Source: a virus
Lineage: Duplodnaviria; Caudoviricetes
Virus record (IMG/VR): IMGVR_UViG_3300031951_000211
Span: 1 to 54,524 of that record
Reading direction: 5' to 3' (one strand)
Length of the DNA: 54,524 nt
Part shown: piece by piece, positions 37,097 to 45,322 of the stretch
Layout of the letters: each line of letters starts with the position of its first letter
Position numbering within the stretch: the stretch's first letter is position 1
Position numbers and translations under genes: made by a program
The notes under the pieces: model-generated
What the model saw: only the letters and a program-made list of their open reading frames with translations
Database searches by the model: none
What the model was told of the DNA's origin: nothing

Positions 37097-37188
37097 TGGT
37101 AGCCCCACCGGGAGTCGAACCCAGATGAACCAATTATCTGTTGCTTACGGGATATAAATCCGCCGTTTTACCATTAAACTATAGGGCC
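37097..37188 (-). tRNA. tRNA-Ile (TAT) with 22-nt variable region
   Basis: GGCCCTA/TGGGGCT acceptor, GCGGA-TT-TAT-AT-CCCGT, CCA. Confidence 0.78.
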
Positions 37189-37193
37189 GTAAG

Positions 37194-37294
37194 TACCATA
37201 TAGAAACACACTATCTTCACTCACTTACGATTGTCGTAACCAGCGGAAGTTAGCAATCTGCTCATGTATTGCTATAATGTGTTTTTATATGGTA
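37194..37294 (-). ncRNA. CCA-paired trailer element 3' of tRNA-Lys
   Basis: 21-bp inverted repeat (one mismatch, one G-U) TACCATATAAAAACACATTAT/ATAGTGTGTTTCTATATGGTA. Confidence 0.75.
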
Positions 37295-37364
37295 GACGCA
37301 CAGAGAATCGAACTCTGATTTGCTGGTTAAAAGCCAGCTACTTTAGCCGTTAAGTTATACGTCC
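37290..37364 (-). tRNA. tRNA-Lys (TTT)
   Basis: Cloverleaf, CCA. Confidence 0.93.
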
Positions 37365-37477
37365 AGTGTGCGCTTCCATTTGCCACGAAGCTGCTTGTGG
37401 CTTTTTTGATGTGAACCACTGCCACCACGCTTCATTAAAGCTAGTGCAACATGGTTCCGAGGTTTTCGTGTTTTCAT
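37355..37477 (-). CDS. Small basic peptide (40 aa)
   Basis: MKTRKPRNHVALALMKRGGSGSHQKSHKQLRGKWKR; AAGGA RBS. Confidence 0.6.
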   Translation of the reverse strand: MKTRKPRNHVALALMKRGGSGSHQKSHKQLRGKWKRTLDV

Positions 37478-37487
37478 ATATTCCTTT

Positions 37488-37563
37488 TGGTGGAGAATAC
37501 AGGGATCGAACCTGCGACCTACTGCTTGCAAAGCAGCCGCTCTCCCAGCTGAGCTAATTCCCC
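37488..37563 (-). tRNA. tRNA-Ala (TGC)
   Basis: Cloverleaf, G3-U70. Confidence 0.95.
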
Positions 37564-37569
37564 AAATTG

Positions 37570-37653
37570 TGGTGCGTCGAGAGAGACTCGAACTCTCAAT
37601 CCTTTCGGCACTGGCTTCTAAGACCAGCGTGTATACCATTCCACCACCAACGC
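37570..37653 (-). tRNA. tRNA-Leu (TAG)
   Basis: Cloverleaf, CCA. Confidence 0.95.
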
Positions 37654-37818
37654 ATTATACTTTTATGTCTACGTTTACGCCTTTGGTTGTATCAACTGAT
37701 CTGTAGTACACTGTTTGTTGCACAAACTGAGCACCATTGTTGTCAACTTTAGTTGCATAAACTATCTCACGTATTTTATCAAAATACGGAGTAAATGTTC
37801 TTGAAACGCTTTTTGTTT

Positions 37819-38004
37819 CCATATTGTTGTACCTACTGTTTACTACCCGCCCCGCTAAGGGCGTGTTTCTGGTTTATTGTGTTCATGACTCACACCTGTA
37901 CCAGAACTCAAACCATACCCACTAACTTTCCCGGGTGTTAATGTTCTCAAGCCTGCAATGTTCCATAACTGAATTGGACACTAGCAGTAGGTACAACAAT
38001 ATGG
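37819..38004 (-). ncRNA. CCA-paired trailer element 3' of tRNA-Pro
   Basis: Perfect 20-bp inverted repeat CCATATTGTTGTACCTACTG/CAGTAGGTACAACAATATGG enclosing 146 nt. Confidence 0.8.
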
Positions 38005-38075
38005 TCAAGGCGGCAAGAATCGAACTTGCGCTACAACGTCCCAAACGTCGGGTGATGCCATTTCACTACGCCCTG
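38002..38075 (-). tRNA. tRNA-Pro (TGG)
   Basis: Cloverleaf, CCA. Confidence 0.92.
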
Positions 38076-38196
38076 ATATGTTAGTTTATTGAAGCAAACT
38101 AACAAAACTTACTGGAGTACGCATAACTGTCCAGTGCAACAAAGAATAATAATTATACTTGAAAAAGCATTTTACCACAAGTGTAAAATTTTAAAG

Positions 38197-38267
38197 CCAT
38201 AATTTAACACACTAAACTACTTAGGCCGCAAAAGGGGCCATTGTTCATAAAATGTGTTAAATTATGG
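38197..38267 (-). ncRNA. CCA-paired trailer element 3' of the tRNA-like RNA
   Basis: Perfect 15-bp inverted repeat CCATAATTTAACACA/TGTGTTAAATTATGG. Confidence 0.75.
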
Positions 38268-38442
38268 TGGATCAGGCAGGACTCGAACCTGCTTCCTAAA
38301 ATTATACAACACACGACCATGTATTCGAACTCAGGCTGAACTGTAGTTGAATGTACCGTTGCGGCGGTCACAGGGTCAACACTCCACATTCAAAGGTGTT
38401 GTATGCCGGCTTTGTGCTTTAACCATGTTAAGCTACCGATCC
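38265..38442 (-). ncRNA. 178-nt tRNA-like RNA with about 100 nt inserted in the anticodon arm
   Basis: Acceptor GGATCGG/CTGATCC-ACCA, D arm, GCAGG-TTCGAGT-CCTGC; insert closed by ATACAACAC/GTGTTGTAT. Confidence 0.8.
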
Positions 38443-38499
38443 ATATATTAGCACACTATAAAATATGCTAATATATGGAGACACTCCCTAAAGTGTCCA

Positions 38500-38665
38500 C
38501 ATATAGTCTTATTACCGAGGGCGACAGCCCCGCTGTATCTTAGAATATCCAAACATTCCCTCTACAGCGGCGGGACGTTTATTTTAATGACGGAGCTTGC
38601 ATCCGCCTCGCTCGAATTGTGCTGCCACATACTAGGGATGTATGTGGCAAGCCTAAGCGGGACTT
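38500..38665 (-). ncRNA. Candidate structured ncRNA
   Basis: Hairpins TGCCACATAC/GTATGTGGCA, GGCGGA/TCCGTC, CCGCTGTA/TACAGCGG; no ORF. Confidence 0.5.
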
Positions 38666-38667
38666 AA

Positions 38668-38865
38668 TTATAAACTATTTTTGTAGACTCGGATTGCTTC
38701 AGCATCTAAACTGGCATATGTACGGAAGCTGTCACGACCTACTCGATCATAAAGATCGTTTGCCATTTGTTCTAGATGTACAAGCTGCTCAATAGTAATC
38801 AGAGTACATTTAATGTATCGTGACATAAAAGCATCAATTAAAAAGTCTCGTGAATAGCCACTCAT
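38668..38865 (-). CDS. Hypothetical protein
   Basis: ORF with GGAG RBS. Confidence 0.65.
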   Translation of the reverse strand: MSGYSRDFLIDAFMSRYIKCTLITIEQLVHLEQMANDLYDRVGRDSFRTYASLDAEAIRVYKNSL

Positions 38866-38877
38866 AATATCTCCAAA

Positions 38878-39222
38878 TCAGCCTATATTATAAGGCATTT
38901 CGGTTACTTCGTCAAGTGTCAAAACACGAATGTGGGTATCACCACGCTGATCAGCTTGTTTTAGCCAGTTGTCGAGCACACCATGCATCAAGCCACTCAT
39001 GTGATAGTTGCCTGCACCACAGCGGTAAGTGCTGCCCGAATAACCATCAAACTCAAACCAGTCGCCACTACGACGTACTGCAACAATACCTGAGTTCAGT
39101 TTCCACGAATTCGACCCAGCAAAGCCACCGTACCAGCCAGCAAATACTTTGCGGAGTGGAACCTCTAAGTCTGGGTGGTCGAATTCTAGTACGACCCAAA
39201 CGTCTGGTGTGTAGATACTCAT
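38878..39222 (-). CDS. Conserved phage protein
   Basis: YTPDVWVV...KVFAGWYGGF..SNSWKLNSGI. Confidence 0.75.
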   Translation of the reverse strand: MSIYTPDVWVVLEFDHPDLEVPLRKVFAGWYGGFAGSNSWKLNSGIVAVRRSGDWFEFDGYSGSTYRCGAGNYHMSGLMHGVLDNWLKQADQRGDTHIRVLTLDEVTEMPYNIG

Positions 39223-39286
39223 ATTATTTCTCCAAATCAGACTATATTATAATCTGATTCAGGCAAATACTCAAGTGTAAATTTCT

Positions 39287-39361
39287 TGGCCCGGCTAGCA
39301 GGAATCGAACCCACATTAAGGGCTTAGAAGACCCCTGTATTATCCGTTATACGATAGCCAG
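39287..39361 (-). tRNA. tRNA-Arg (TCT)
   Basis: Cloverleaf, CCA. Confidence 0.92.
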
Positions 39362-39366
39362 ATGTA

Positions 39367-39810
39367 TTACTGTTTAAAAGTTACTGGGCTGTACACATCG
39401 AACAGTTCAGTTTCAAAGTGCAAAACTAGACCACGTTCCATGTACTCGTAGTTGTCTGGAATATCTAGTACAATTTGCTTTTGCTCAATCTGTGTTAGCA
39501 ACTCACGGTGGCCTAAAAAGTTATCTTCTAGTTGCCACAAGTTTTCACGATTAACAAACACAATTTTTTGCGCCCAGTTAACTAAGTTGGCACTGCAAGG
39601 AATAAGTGCGTAGTTAAAGTTTGATCCACACGATCTGGCATTAATACCACGCTGCACTGCCATAGCTGCGCCTGTTGGTGAGCGAAGCAATCCAGCACTG
39701 CAAACAAACAACCAACGCGGAGCTTCGCCTTGATACTGGTTGGCATACGGTGCTGATGTTTTAAAAATTGCGTCGTTTTTACTGCCTTGAGCAAATGGTG
39801 TGTTTGTCAT
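39367..39810 (-). CDS. Low-molecular-weight phosphotyrosine phosphatase-like protein
   Basis: LFVCSAGLLRSPT P-loop, LDIPD. Confidence 0.85.
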   Translation of the reverse strand: MTNTPFAQGSKNDAIFKTSAPYANQYQGEAPRWLFVCSAGLLRSPTGAAMAVQRGINARSCGSNFNYALIPCSANLVNWAQKIVFVNRENLWQLEDNFLGHRELLTQIEQKQIVLDIPDNYEYMERGLVLHFETELFDVYSPVTFKQ

Positions 39811-40814
39811 AGTGTGGTTTTGTAGTTGTGTAGGGCAAAGCTGGCTGTGTTTTTTTGTTTTGATTCGCACATAATGTCTGCATAGGGATTAAAGCTAAGT
39901 GCCCAATCATTGCAGGCTTGGTTCCAGTAAAACTCTGAGTGTGCACGAAGTTTGGCTGCAGTAAAGCCCATTGTTTTAAGTTGCCGTAAGTCTGGGCGAA
40001 CCAGTGGGTCGTGGTCTACTAAGCAATCTTCTCGACTTACTGAATAGTGAATAGTAGGGCGAACACCACGCCAAGAGTCTACAACACGCTTAAACTTAGG
40101 GTCATCAGGTGTGATATACTCACCGCTGTAAATCCAGTGGTGGTGAATGTCTAGTACAAGTGCACAAGTGTCTGCTAGTTCTAGACTATGGTCAATGCCC
40201 CAGGTAAACTCGGCGTTTTCTATGGTTAAACAGTTACGTGCTTCGGGTGAGAGACGACGCAGTGCGGCTTTGATACCGTCTGGGCCACGCTTACCGCCGA
40301 TATGTACGTTGCACTTAAAGTCTTGAAACTCACGACCAAAGCCCATGTAACGGATCAAGTCGCAGTGATACTCAAACTCGGTAATTGAGTTTTCGATTAC
40401 GTGGTCTTGCTCCGATGCCAGCACACAAAACTGACCAGGGTGGAATGAGAGCTTGATATCCAGGTCGCGAGCACGTTGGCCGATTTTCGACAGATTGGTT
40501 TCAAGAAACTGCACAACTTCCGGCTGGAAGTAAAAAGGCATCCAGTCGTCATGTGTGTAAGCTGGTAGTAAATCGCTGGTAATGCGAAACATACGCAACT
40601 CAGGCACTTGACGGCCGATATATTCAATCTGACCGGCCAGGGCTGCAACGTTGGCACGCATAATATCCCACAGTCGTTCACGAGCACGATCAGGTGTTTG
40701 TGAACTGAGCCATTTGATAGTTGTGCCTGACTGATTCAGTTTAGGGTCTGCTTTAGACTCCGAAACTTGAACTTTACAGGCGAAACCAATGCGTTGGATA
40801 TTTTGATTGAACAT
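39807..40814 (-). CDS. uvsE: UV-damage endonuclease
   Basis: RIGFAC, FRITSDLLP, SFHPGQF, IENAE, VLDIHHHW, RAHS. Confidence 0.93.
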   Translation of the reverse strand: MFNQNIQRIGFACKVQVSESKADPKLNQSGTTIKWLSSQTPDRARERLWDIMRANVAALAGQIEYIGRQVPELRMFRITSDLLPAYTHDDWMPFYFQPEVVQFLETNLSKIGQRARDLDIKLSFHPGQFCVLASEQDHVIENSITEFEYHCDLIRYMGFGREFQDFKCNVHIGGKRGPDGIKAALRRLSPEARNCLTIENAEFTWGIDHSLELADTCALVLDIHHHWIYSGEYITPDDPKFKRVVDSWRGVRPTIHYSVSREDCLVDHDPLVRPDLRQLKTMGFTAAKLRAHSEFYWNQACNDWALSFNPYADIMCESKQKNTASFALHNYKTTL

Positions 40815-40881
40815 TTTTGTGCGGTATTTGTGTGTTAATTGATTATTATACTATAAACAGTGCTGTGTGTCAACTTTAAAA

Positions 40882-41115
40882 TTATCTGCCCACTAGCCCA
40901 AAGCAGATTCGGCAAACAGGAAAGTCGTCGACGTCAGTTTTATGATCTGTGCCCCAGATTCCACAATGTGAGCATTCTTTGCACCATTGCTCTAACAAGT
41001 AGTCGTCTACGTCTTCTATATCTATGCCTGCATCTATGCAGGCTTGGGTAAGTGTTTTGCGAGTACCTGACAACTGTTTAGTTAGTCGGCGGTACGTTTG
41101 GTCGATATCGGTCAT
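40882..41115 (-). CDS. Small Zn-ribbon protein
   Basis: CSHCGIW...CRIC. Confidence 0.55.
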   Translation of the reverse strand: MTDIDQTYRRLTKQLSGTRKTLTQACIDAGIDIEDVDDYLLEQWCKECSHCGIWGTDHKTDVDDFPVCRICFGLVGR

Positions 41116-41515
41116 CTAGGTGTCGGTGAGTTTTCTCAAATTCTAAAAGGAACATAATACAGCAAGCTGCATGAGCCAGGTGCGATAAGCCCGACTCGGG
41201 GTCTTTGTCTTCACCATCATTAAATGCTGTAATGTGTCGCATTGCTGCGGCTAAGGGTCGGCTCCAGGCAAAGCCTGCACGCCAGTTGTGTGCTGCGTAC
41301 TTTTTTGCACCAAATGCCAACACTGCGGCTGTTTGGTTCATTGCTTCAGTACTCAGTAAGTTAAGAGGTAGTTTGTTGGTATCGAACTTTAGTGCTGTGC
41401 CTGCTGTTTTTGCTATTTGTTCAAGCTGGGTTTTATTTAGTGGGCCGTTGTCACCTGGGTAGTTAGGTGCAGAGCCAAATACTGTGATATGTTCGATTTC
41501 GTCTAATTTAGGCAT
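41078..41515 (-). CDS. dATP/dGTP diphosphohydrolase-domain protein (DUF5664-like)
   Basis: KFDTNK, FGAKKYAAHNWR, DPESGLSHLAHA. Confidence 0.85.
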   Translation of the reverse strand: MPKLDEIEHITVFGSAPNYPGDNGPLNKTQLEQIAKTAGTALKFDTNKLPLNLLSTEAMNQTAAVLAFGAKKYAAHNWRAGFAWSRPLAAAMRHITAFNDGEDKDPESGLSHLAHAACCIMFLLEFEKTHRHLDDRYRPNVPPTN

Positions 41516-41663
41516 TGTTTTCTGTTGATTTTGGTTTTAGTAGTGCACACACTTTTACTGGAGCAACTTCTTTTATGTCTACTACAGGTTCTAGTTTATT
41601 TCGCTTGCAATAATCAAGATACGCTTGTAATGCGTAGGTTTTAATAAACTCACTTAGTTTCAT
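41508..41663 (-). CDS. Hypothetical protein
   Basis: First ORF after promoter 41695-41723. Confidence 0.5.
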   Translation of the reverse strand: MKLSEFIKTYALQAYLDYCKRNKLEPVVDIKEVAPVKVCALLKPKSTENNA

Positions 41664-41694
41664 AAATAAAAGGCCCAGATGTGCTAGATTTGTA

Positions 41695-41797
41695 ATTATA
41701 TCACGGCGGTACAGCCAAGTCAACACAAAATTTTTTTGTGGTTTGGCGCACAGCACGAAAATTTTGACTTGCCCCAGCACGGTGTTTGAGTTATAAT
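41695..41797. promoter_or_regulatory. Divergent promoter pair at the strand switch
   Basis: TTGACT-17-TATAAT (-) and TTGCCC-17-TATAAT (+) sharing an A/T tract. Confidence 0.75.
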
Positions 41798-41827
41798 GTA
41801 ACTCTAAGCAATTTTTTAAAAGAAAAT

Positions 41828-42091
41828 ATGGACATTAATTGGCTCGTACAACGATTAACGCACGGAGATAGTTATACAGTACAAGATGGTGACAACGATC
41901 CTTACCAAGTAAATACTCCGCCTACACATCTAACCATTAAAGCAGCAGCTGTAATAGTTACACTAAGTAATCAACTACAGCAATCTAATATAGCAATGCT
42001 TAACCTACAACGTCAACATGAGGAGTTAGCTGATCAATATGAAACCCTTCGAAACACTAGCTCTACTGCAGCAACTGGCACTAAAACTTGA
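41828..42091 (+). CDS. Hypothetical coiled-coil protein
   Basis: ORF after + promoter. Confidence 0.6.
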   Translation: MDINWLVQRLTHGDSYTVQDGDNDPYQVNTPPTHLTIKAAAVIVTLSNQLQQSNIAMLNLQRQHEELADQYETLRNTSSTAATGTKT

Positions 42092-42150
42092 CGGTGGAAG
42101 TGGAACTGATCTAGAGCAGCGCAGCTTTGACTGCATCTTGGAGATCTTAA

Positions 42151-42612
42151 ATGAAAACATTAAAAACAGGAGTGCTAGCAGCCACGCTGTTGGCATCACT
42201 AACACTGGGTACTGGAACATTAGCTCCAGTGTACCCAGTTAAAGCAAGTGCTAAAGACATAGAGTGCTTGGCTAAAAACATTTACCACGAATCTCGCGGT
42301 GAATCACTACTTGGACAAATAGCTGTTGCCCAAGTTACACTAAACCGTGTTAACAGTGGTTTATTTCACAGCACCGTATGCGGCGTTGTTTATGCACACC
42401 GACAGTTTTCGTGGACATTGGACAAAACAAAGCGAGTGCGTGACACCAAAGCTTGGCAAAGTGCACAAGAAGTTTCTCGTGCAGTATTAACACAAACTGT
42501 TGCTTTGCCGAACTTTACTGCCACGCACTTTCACACAAAACAAGTAAAACCATATTGGGCCAAAACCAAAACACGTGTTGCAGTTATTGGAAACCACATT
42601 TTTTACAGTTGA
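42151..42612 (+). CDS. Cell-wall hydrolase (SleB/Hydrolase_2)
   Basis: CLAKNIYHESRGE, VTLNRV, QFSW, IGNHIFY. Confidence 0.92.
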   Translation: MKTLKTGVLAATLLASLTLGTGTLAPVYPVKASAKDIECLAKNIYHESRGESLLGQIAVAQVTLNRVNSGLFHSTVCGVVYAHRQFSWTLDKTKRVRDTKAWQSAQEVSRAVLTQTVALPNFTATHFHTKQVKPYWAKTKTRVAVIGNHIFYS

Positions 42613-42659
42613 AGCGCCCAGCTTAATGTGTTATAATAAACACATTAAGGAATAAAATT

Positions 42660-43415
42660 ATGAAAATCAGACTTCTTTCAGACCTGCACACAGAATTCCG
42701 TTTACCCTACAAAACTCACGCCATGAGTGAATATCGTGGCGAGGATGTACTTGTGCTTGCTGGCGACATTGCCAGCGGTTCAACCAACACTGTACAAGTT
42801 ATCAAACACTTTAAAGACTTGGGTTTTCCACACATTGTGTATGTGCCAGGTAATCACGAGTACTATGGTGGCGACTTTGACGACTTTAACCACAAAATGA
42901 TGCAAAAGTGCGCACAGCTTGACGGCGTGCACTACTTAAATCCAGGCAGCGTTGAAATTGACGGCGTGTTGTTTGTTGGAGCTACACTGTGGACTAACTT
43001 TGCTGAAAACCCTTTCTCGCAATCGGCAGCCAAGCGTGGCATTAACGACTTCCGTGTAATCAAAGGCTTTGATGTGAACCGTTGTGCACAAACTTACTAC
43101 CAGCACCTAGACCATATCAAGTACAAATATGAAAATCGTGGTGATAAGAAGGTAGTGGTTGTTACACACTTTTTGCCAGCCCGTGAGTGCATTGCACCAC
43201 GCTTTCGTGGACCGGACCTAATCAATGACTACTTTGCTAATAACCTTGGTGAGTATATTTCTACTATGTCTGACACTACTTGGCTTTTTGGCCACACACA
43301 TGATGCTACAGATATTGTCATTGGTGATACTCGTGTGGTTGCTAATCCTCATGGTTACTACAATGCCATGAATGACGGTGTTGGGTTTGACGCACACAAA
43401 ATAATTGAGGTCTAA
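42660..43415 (+). CDS. Metallophosphoesterase
   Basis: SDLH, LAGDI, GNHEYY, GHTH. Confidence 0.92.
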   Translation: MKIRLLSDLHTEFRLPYKTHAMSEYRGEDVLVLAGDIASGSTNTVQVIKHFKDLGFPHIVYVPGNHEYYGGDFDDFNHKMMQKCAQLDGVHYLNPGSVEIDGVLFVGATLWTNFAENPFSQSAAKRGINDFRVIKGFDVNRCAQTYYQHLDHIKYKYENRGDKKVVVVTHFLPARECIAPRFRGPDLINDYFANNLGEYISTMSDTTWLFGHTHDATDIVIGDTRVVANPHGYYNAMNDGVGFDAHKIIEV

Positions 43416-43416
43416 C

Positions 43417-43584
43417 ATGAAAATGGGCGACTACTTACACAATATGCTTGTAGCACTACTAGGTGACCCAAAATTGGTTATGACCTGGTGGACTACTCCC
43501 AACAAAGCATTTAATGGGCAATGCCCACAAGATGTTGACGAAACCACAGTTAAAAATTACCTAGAAAGCCATTGCTTTAGATGA
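43417..43584 (+). CDS. MbcA/ParS/Xre antitoxin C-terminal-like small protein
   Basis: LLGD...WWTTPNKAFNGQCP...V.NYL, 55 aa. Confidence 0.55.
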   Translation: MKMGDYLHNMLVALLGDPKLVMTWWTTPNKAFNGQCPQDVDETTVKNYLESHCFR

Positions 43585-44507
43585 AGACCGCAAAAGAACT
43601 TATTACAGCACGTATCCTAGCCGACTCGGTGTCCCCCCGTGGTCAGCGTATGACCACCATGGAAATCGAGTATCCACGGTTTATTTTAGCTGAGTTGAAC
43701 ACACACCGTATGCTATCAAAGAATAGTGCATCTAGCCGCGCTATTCCGGTTAAGGCTATGCATCAGCACATGACTGAAAATCCTGCACGGCCTGTGCACT
43801 GGGGCAAAAATCAGCCTGGTATGCAAGCCAAAGAAGAATTGGCTGGCATGAACTTAACTGATGTACAGTTTATGTGGCAACGTGCACAGCAAGATGCAAT
43901 GCATTGGGCACAGCAAATGTCGGAACGTGCTGGTTTGCACAAACAAGTAGCCAACCGTATTACAGAGCCTTGGATGATAATGAAAACTGTTATTTCAGGA
44001 ACAGAGTGGGCTAACTTTTGGTGGCTGCGTGCTCATGCCGATGCACAGCCAGAAATCCACGAATTGGCTATGAAGATGTGTAATGCTTATAACAAGAGTA
44101 GTCCACAACTGCTGCAACCAGGTGAGTGGCACTTGCCTTATGTAAAGTCGCACCGCTTAAGCAGTGGCGAGTTAATTTACTTGGACGCAACCGACACACC
44201 AATTACCACAGAACAAGCCAAGATCATTTCGGCTAGCTGCTGTGCACAGGTTAGTTACCGCAAAAGTGACGACAGCTATGAAAAAGCACACAAGATTTTT
44301 AAACAGCTGATCGAATCACAACCTTGCCATGCGTCACCAGTTGAGCATCAAGCTACACCCATGGACTTGACCACTTATGCTAATTACGAGCCAGAAACCT
44401 GGGAGCCGGGTGTTACCCATGTAAGTGCCAATGGTGATTTGTGGTCAGGCAACCTTCGTGGTTGGATTCAACATCGCAAACTTATTGCTGGAGAAGCACA
44501 ATGGTAA
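43581..44507 (+). CDS. thyX: FAD-dependent thymidylate synthase
   Basis: PRFILAELNTHRMLSKNSASSRAIP, HKQVANR. Confidence 0.92.
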   Translation: MKTAKELITARILADSVSPRGQRMTTMEIEYPRFILAELNTHRMLSKNSASSRAIPVKAMHQHMTENPARPVHWGKNQPGMQAKEELAGMNLTDVQFMWQRAQQDAMHWAQQMSERAGLHKQVANRITEPWMIMKTVISGTEWANFWWLRAHADAQPEIHELAMKMCNAYNKSSPQLLQPGEWHLPYVKSHRLSSGELIYLDATDTPITTEQAKIISASCCAQVSYRKSDDSYEKAHKIFKQLIESQPCHASPVEHQATPMDLTTYANYEPETWEPGVTHVSANGDLWSGNLRGWIQHRKLIAGEAQW

Positions 44508-44695
44508 AGCCAGAATATGAGTATGAAGCATTTGATCGTTGGTTTAACCAACCAGAAGAATATGGACTAAGATCAGAACGGTTTTATGACTTAGTAAATA
44601 ACACAACTGACCCGCTGAAGCGGTTTGAAATTATTACGCAGTGGATGACAGCGGCATTTGATGCTGGTCGTCATCCAGAACACAGGTATGTATAA
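44501..44695 (+). CDS. Hypothetical protein
   Basis: FDRWFN..E.YGLRSERFY...AAFDAG. Confidence 0.6.
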   Translation: MVKPEYEYEAFDRWFNQPEEYGLRSERFYDLVNNTTDPLKRFEIITQWMTAAFDAGRHPEHRYV

Positions 44696-44905
44696 ATGAA
44701 TGTTTCTAATCCATATTCATTTAATTTATCTGTTGGTGAAGTTACTCCAGATATATTCAATGTACGCAGTAATGTCGCAAAAGAAATAATCAGGATTACT
44801 CCAACAGGAGAAATCTACTGGCACGGTAAATTAGTAGAAACTAATGAAGATTTCAAAACCAGTATGTTGGAGTTGGCAGAGTATTTTAAAGGACGAAAGC
44901 CATGA
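44696..44905 (+). CDS. Hypothetical protein
   Basis: ORF in operon. Confidence 0.55.
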   Translation: MNVSNPYSFNLSVGEVTPDIFNVRSNVAKEIIRITPTGEIYWHGKLVETNEDFKTSMLELAEYFKGRKP

Positions 44906-45264
44906 ACGTTGTGCTTTACACCCAAGACTTTGAAGCCATTACTGTACTAGACTTGCCACAATGGTTACTGGAACAATTAGAGCGTCAGGGTGCAGTACGT
45001 GTTGCTGTGTTGCGACCTGTGCAGTTTGGTGAGAACCCAAACGTAGCAATTGGTTCAGTTGAGGGTCCACAAACAGTTACTATTTATTGTGAAAAGCTGC
45101 GTTGGCGAGATGGAACTCTTAAGACCATTTTAGTAACACACGACGAAGAACTTGCACTTGCATTACGACCTCACTGGCTGCCAGGCCAGCAAGCAACTGT
45201 GCAAAGCTACCGCAAAGCAATTCGTCACCTTACTGACCAACTTGTCCGTGTAATGCGAAAATAA
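44902..45264 (+). CDS. Hypothetical protein
   Basis: ORF in operon. Confidence 0.65.
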   Translation: MNVVLYTQDFEAITVLDLPQWLLEQLERQGAVRVAVLRPVQFGENPNVAIGSVEGPQTVTIYCEKLRWRDGTLKTILVTHDEELALALRPHWLPGQQATVQSYRKAIRHLTDQLVRVMRK

Positions 45265-45322
45265 ACTGTTGAAGTCTCTGAGCCATTATGATATAATAAT
45301 TCATATTTCGGAGACTTCAATC

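Noticed and set aside
30569-38267. tRNA trailers as theta (HDV-like) ribozymes
   Set aside because: I could not build the nested double pseudoknot; the trailers are dominated by long AU-rich closing stems.
38500-38665. RNase P RNA
   Set aside because: Lacks GAGGAAAGUCC and the matching 3' P4 element.
21438-40748. Dispersed 13-mers as trans-cleavage substrates of the hammerhead
   Set aside because: mRNAs carry the complement rather than the substrate orientation, and the AGG needed for stem I is not conserved at those copies.
41078-41515. 2-aminoadenine (Z-genome) pathway
   Set aside because: The diphosphohydrolase domain is present but there is no purZ in this window; the rest of the genome cannot be assessed.
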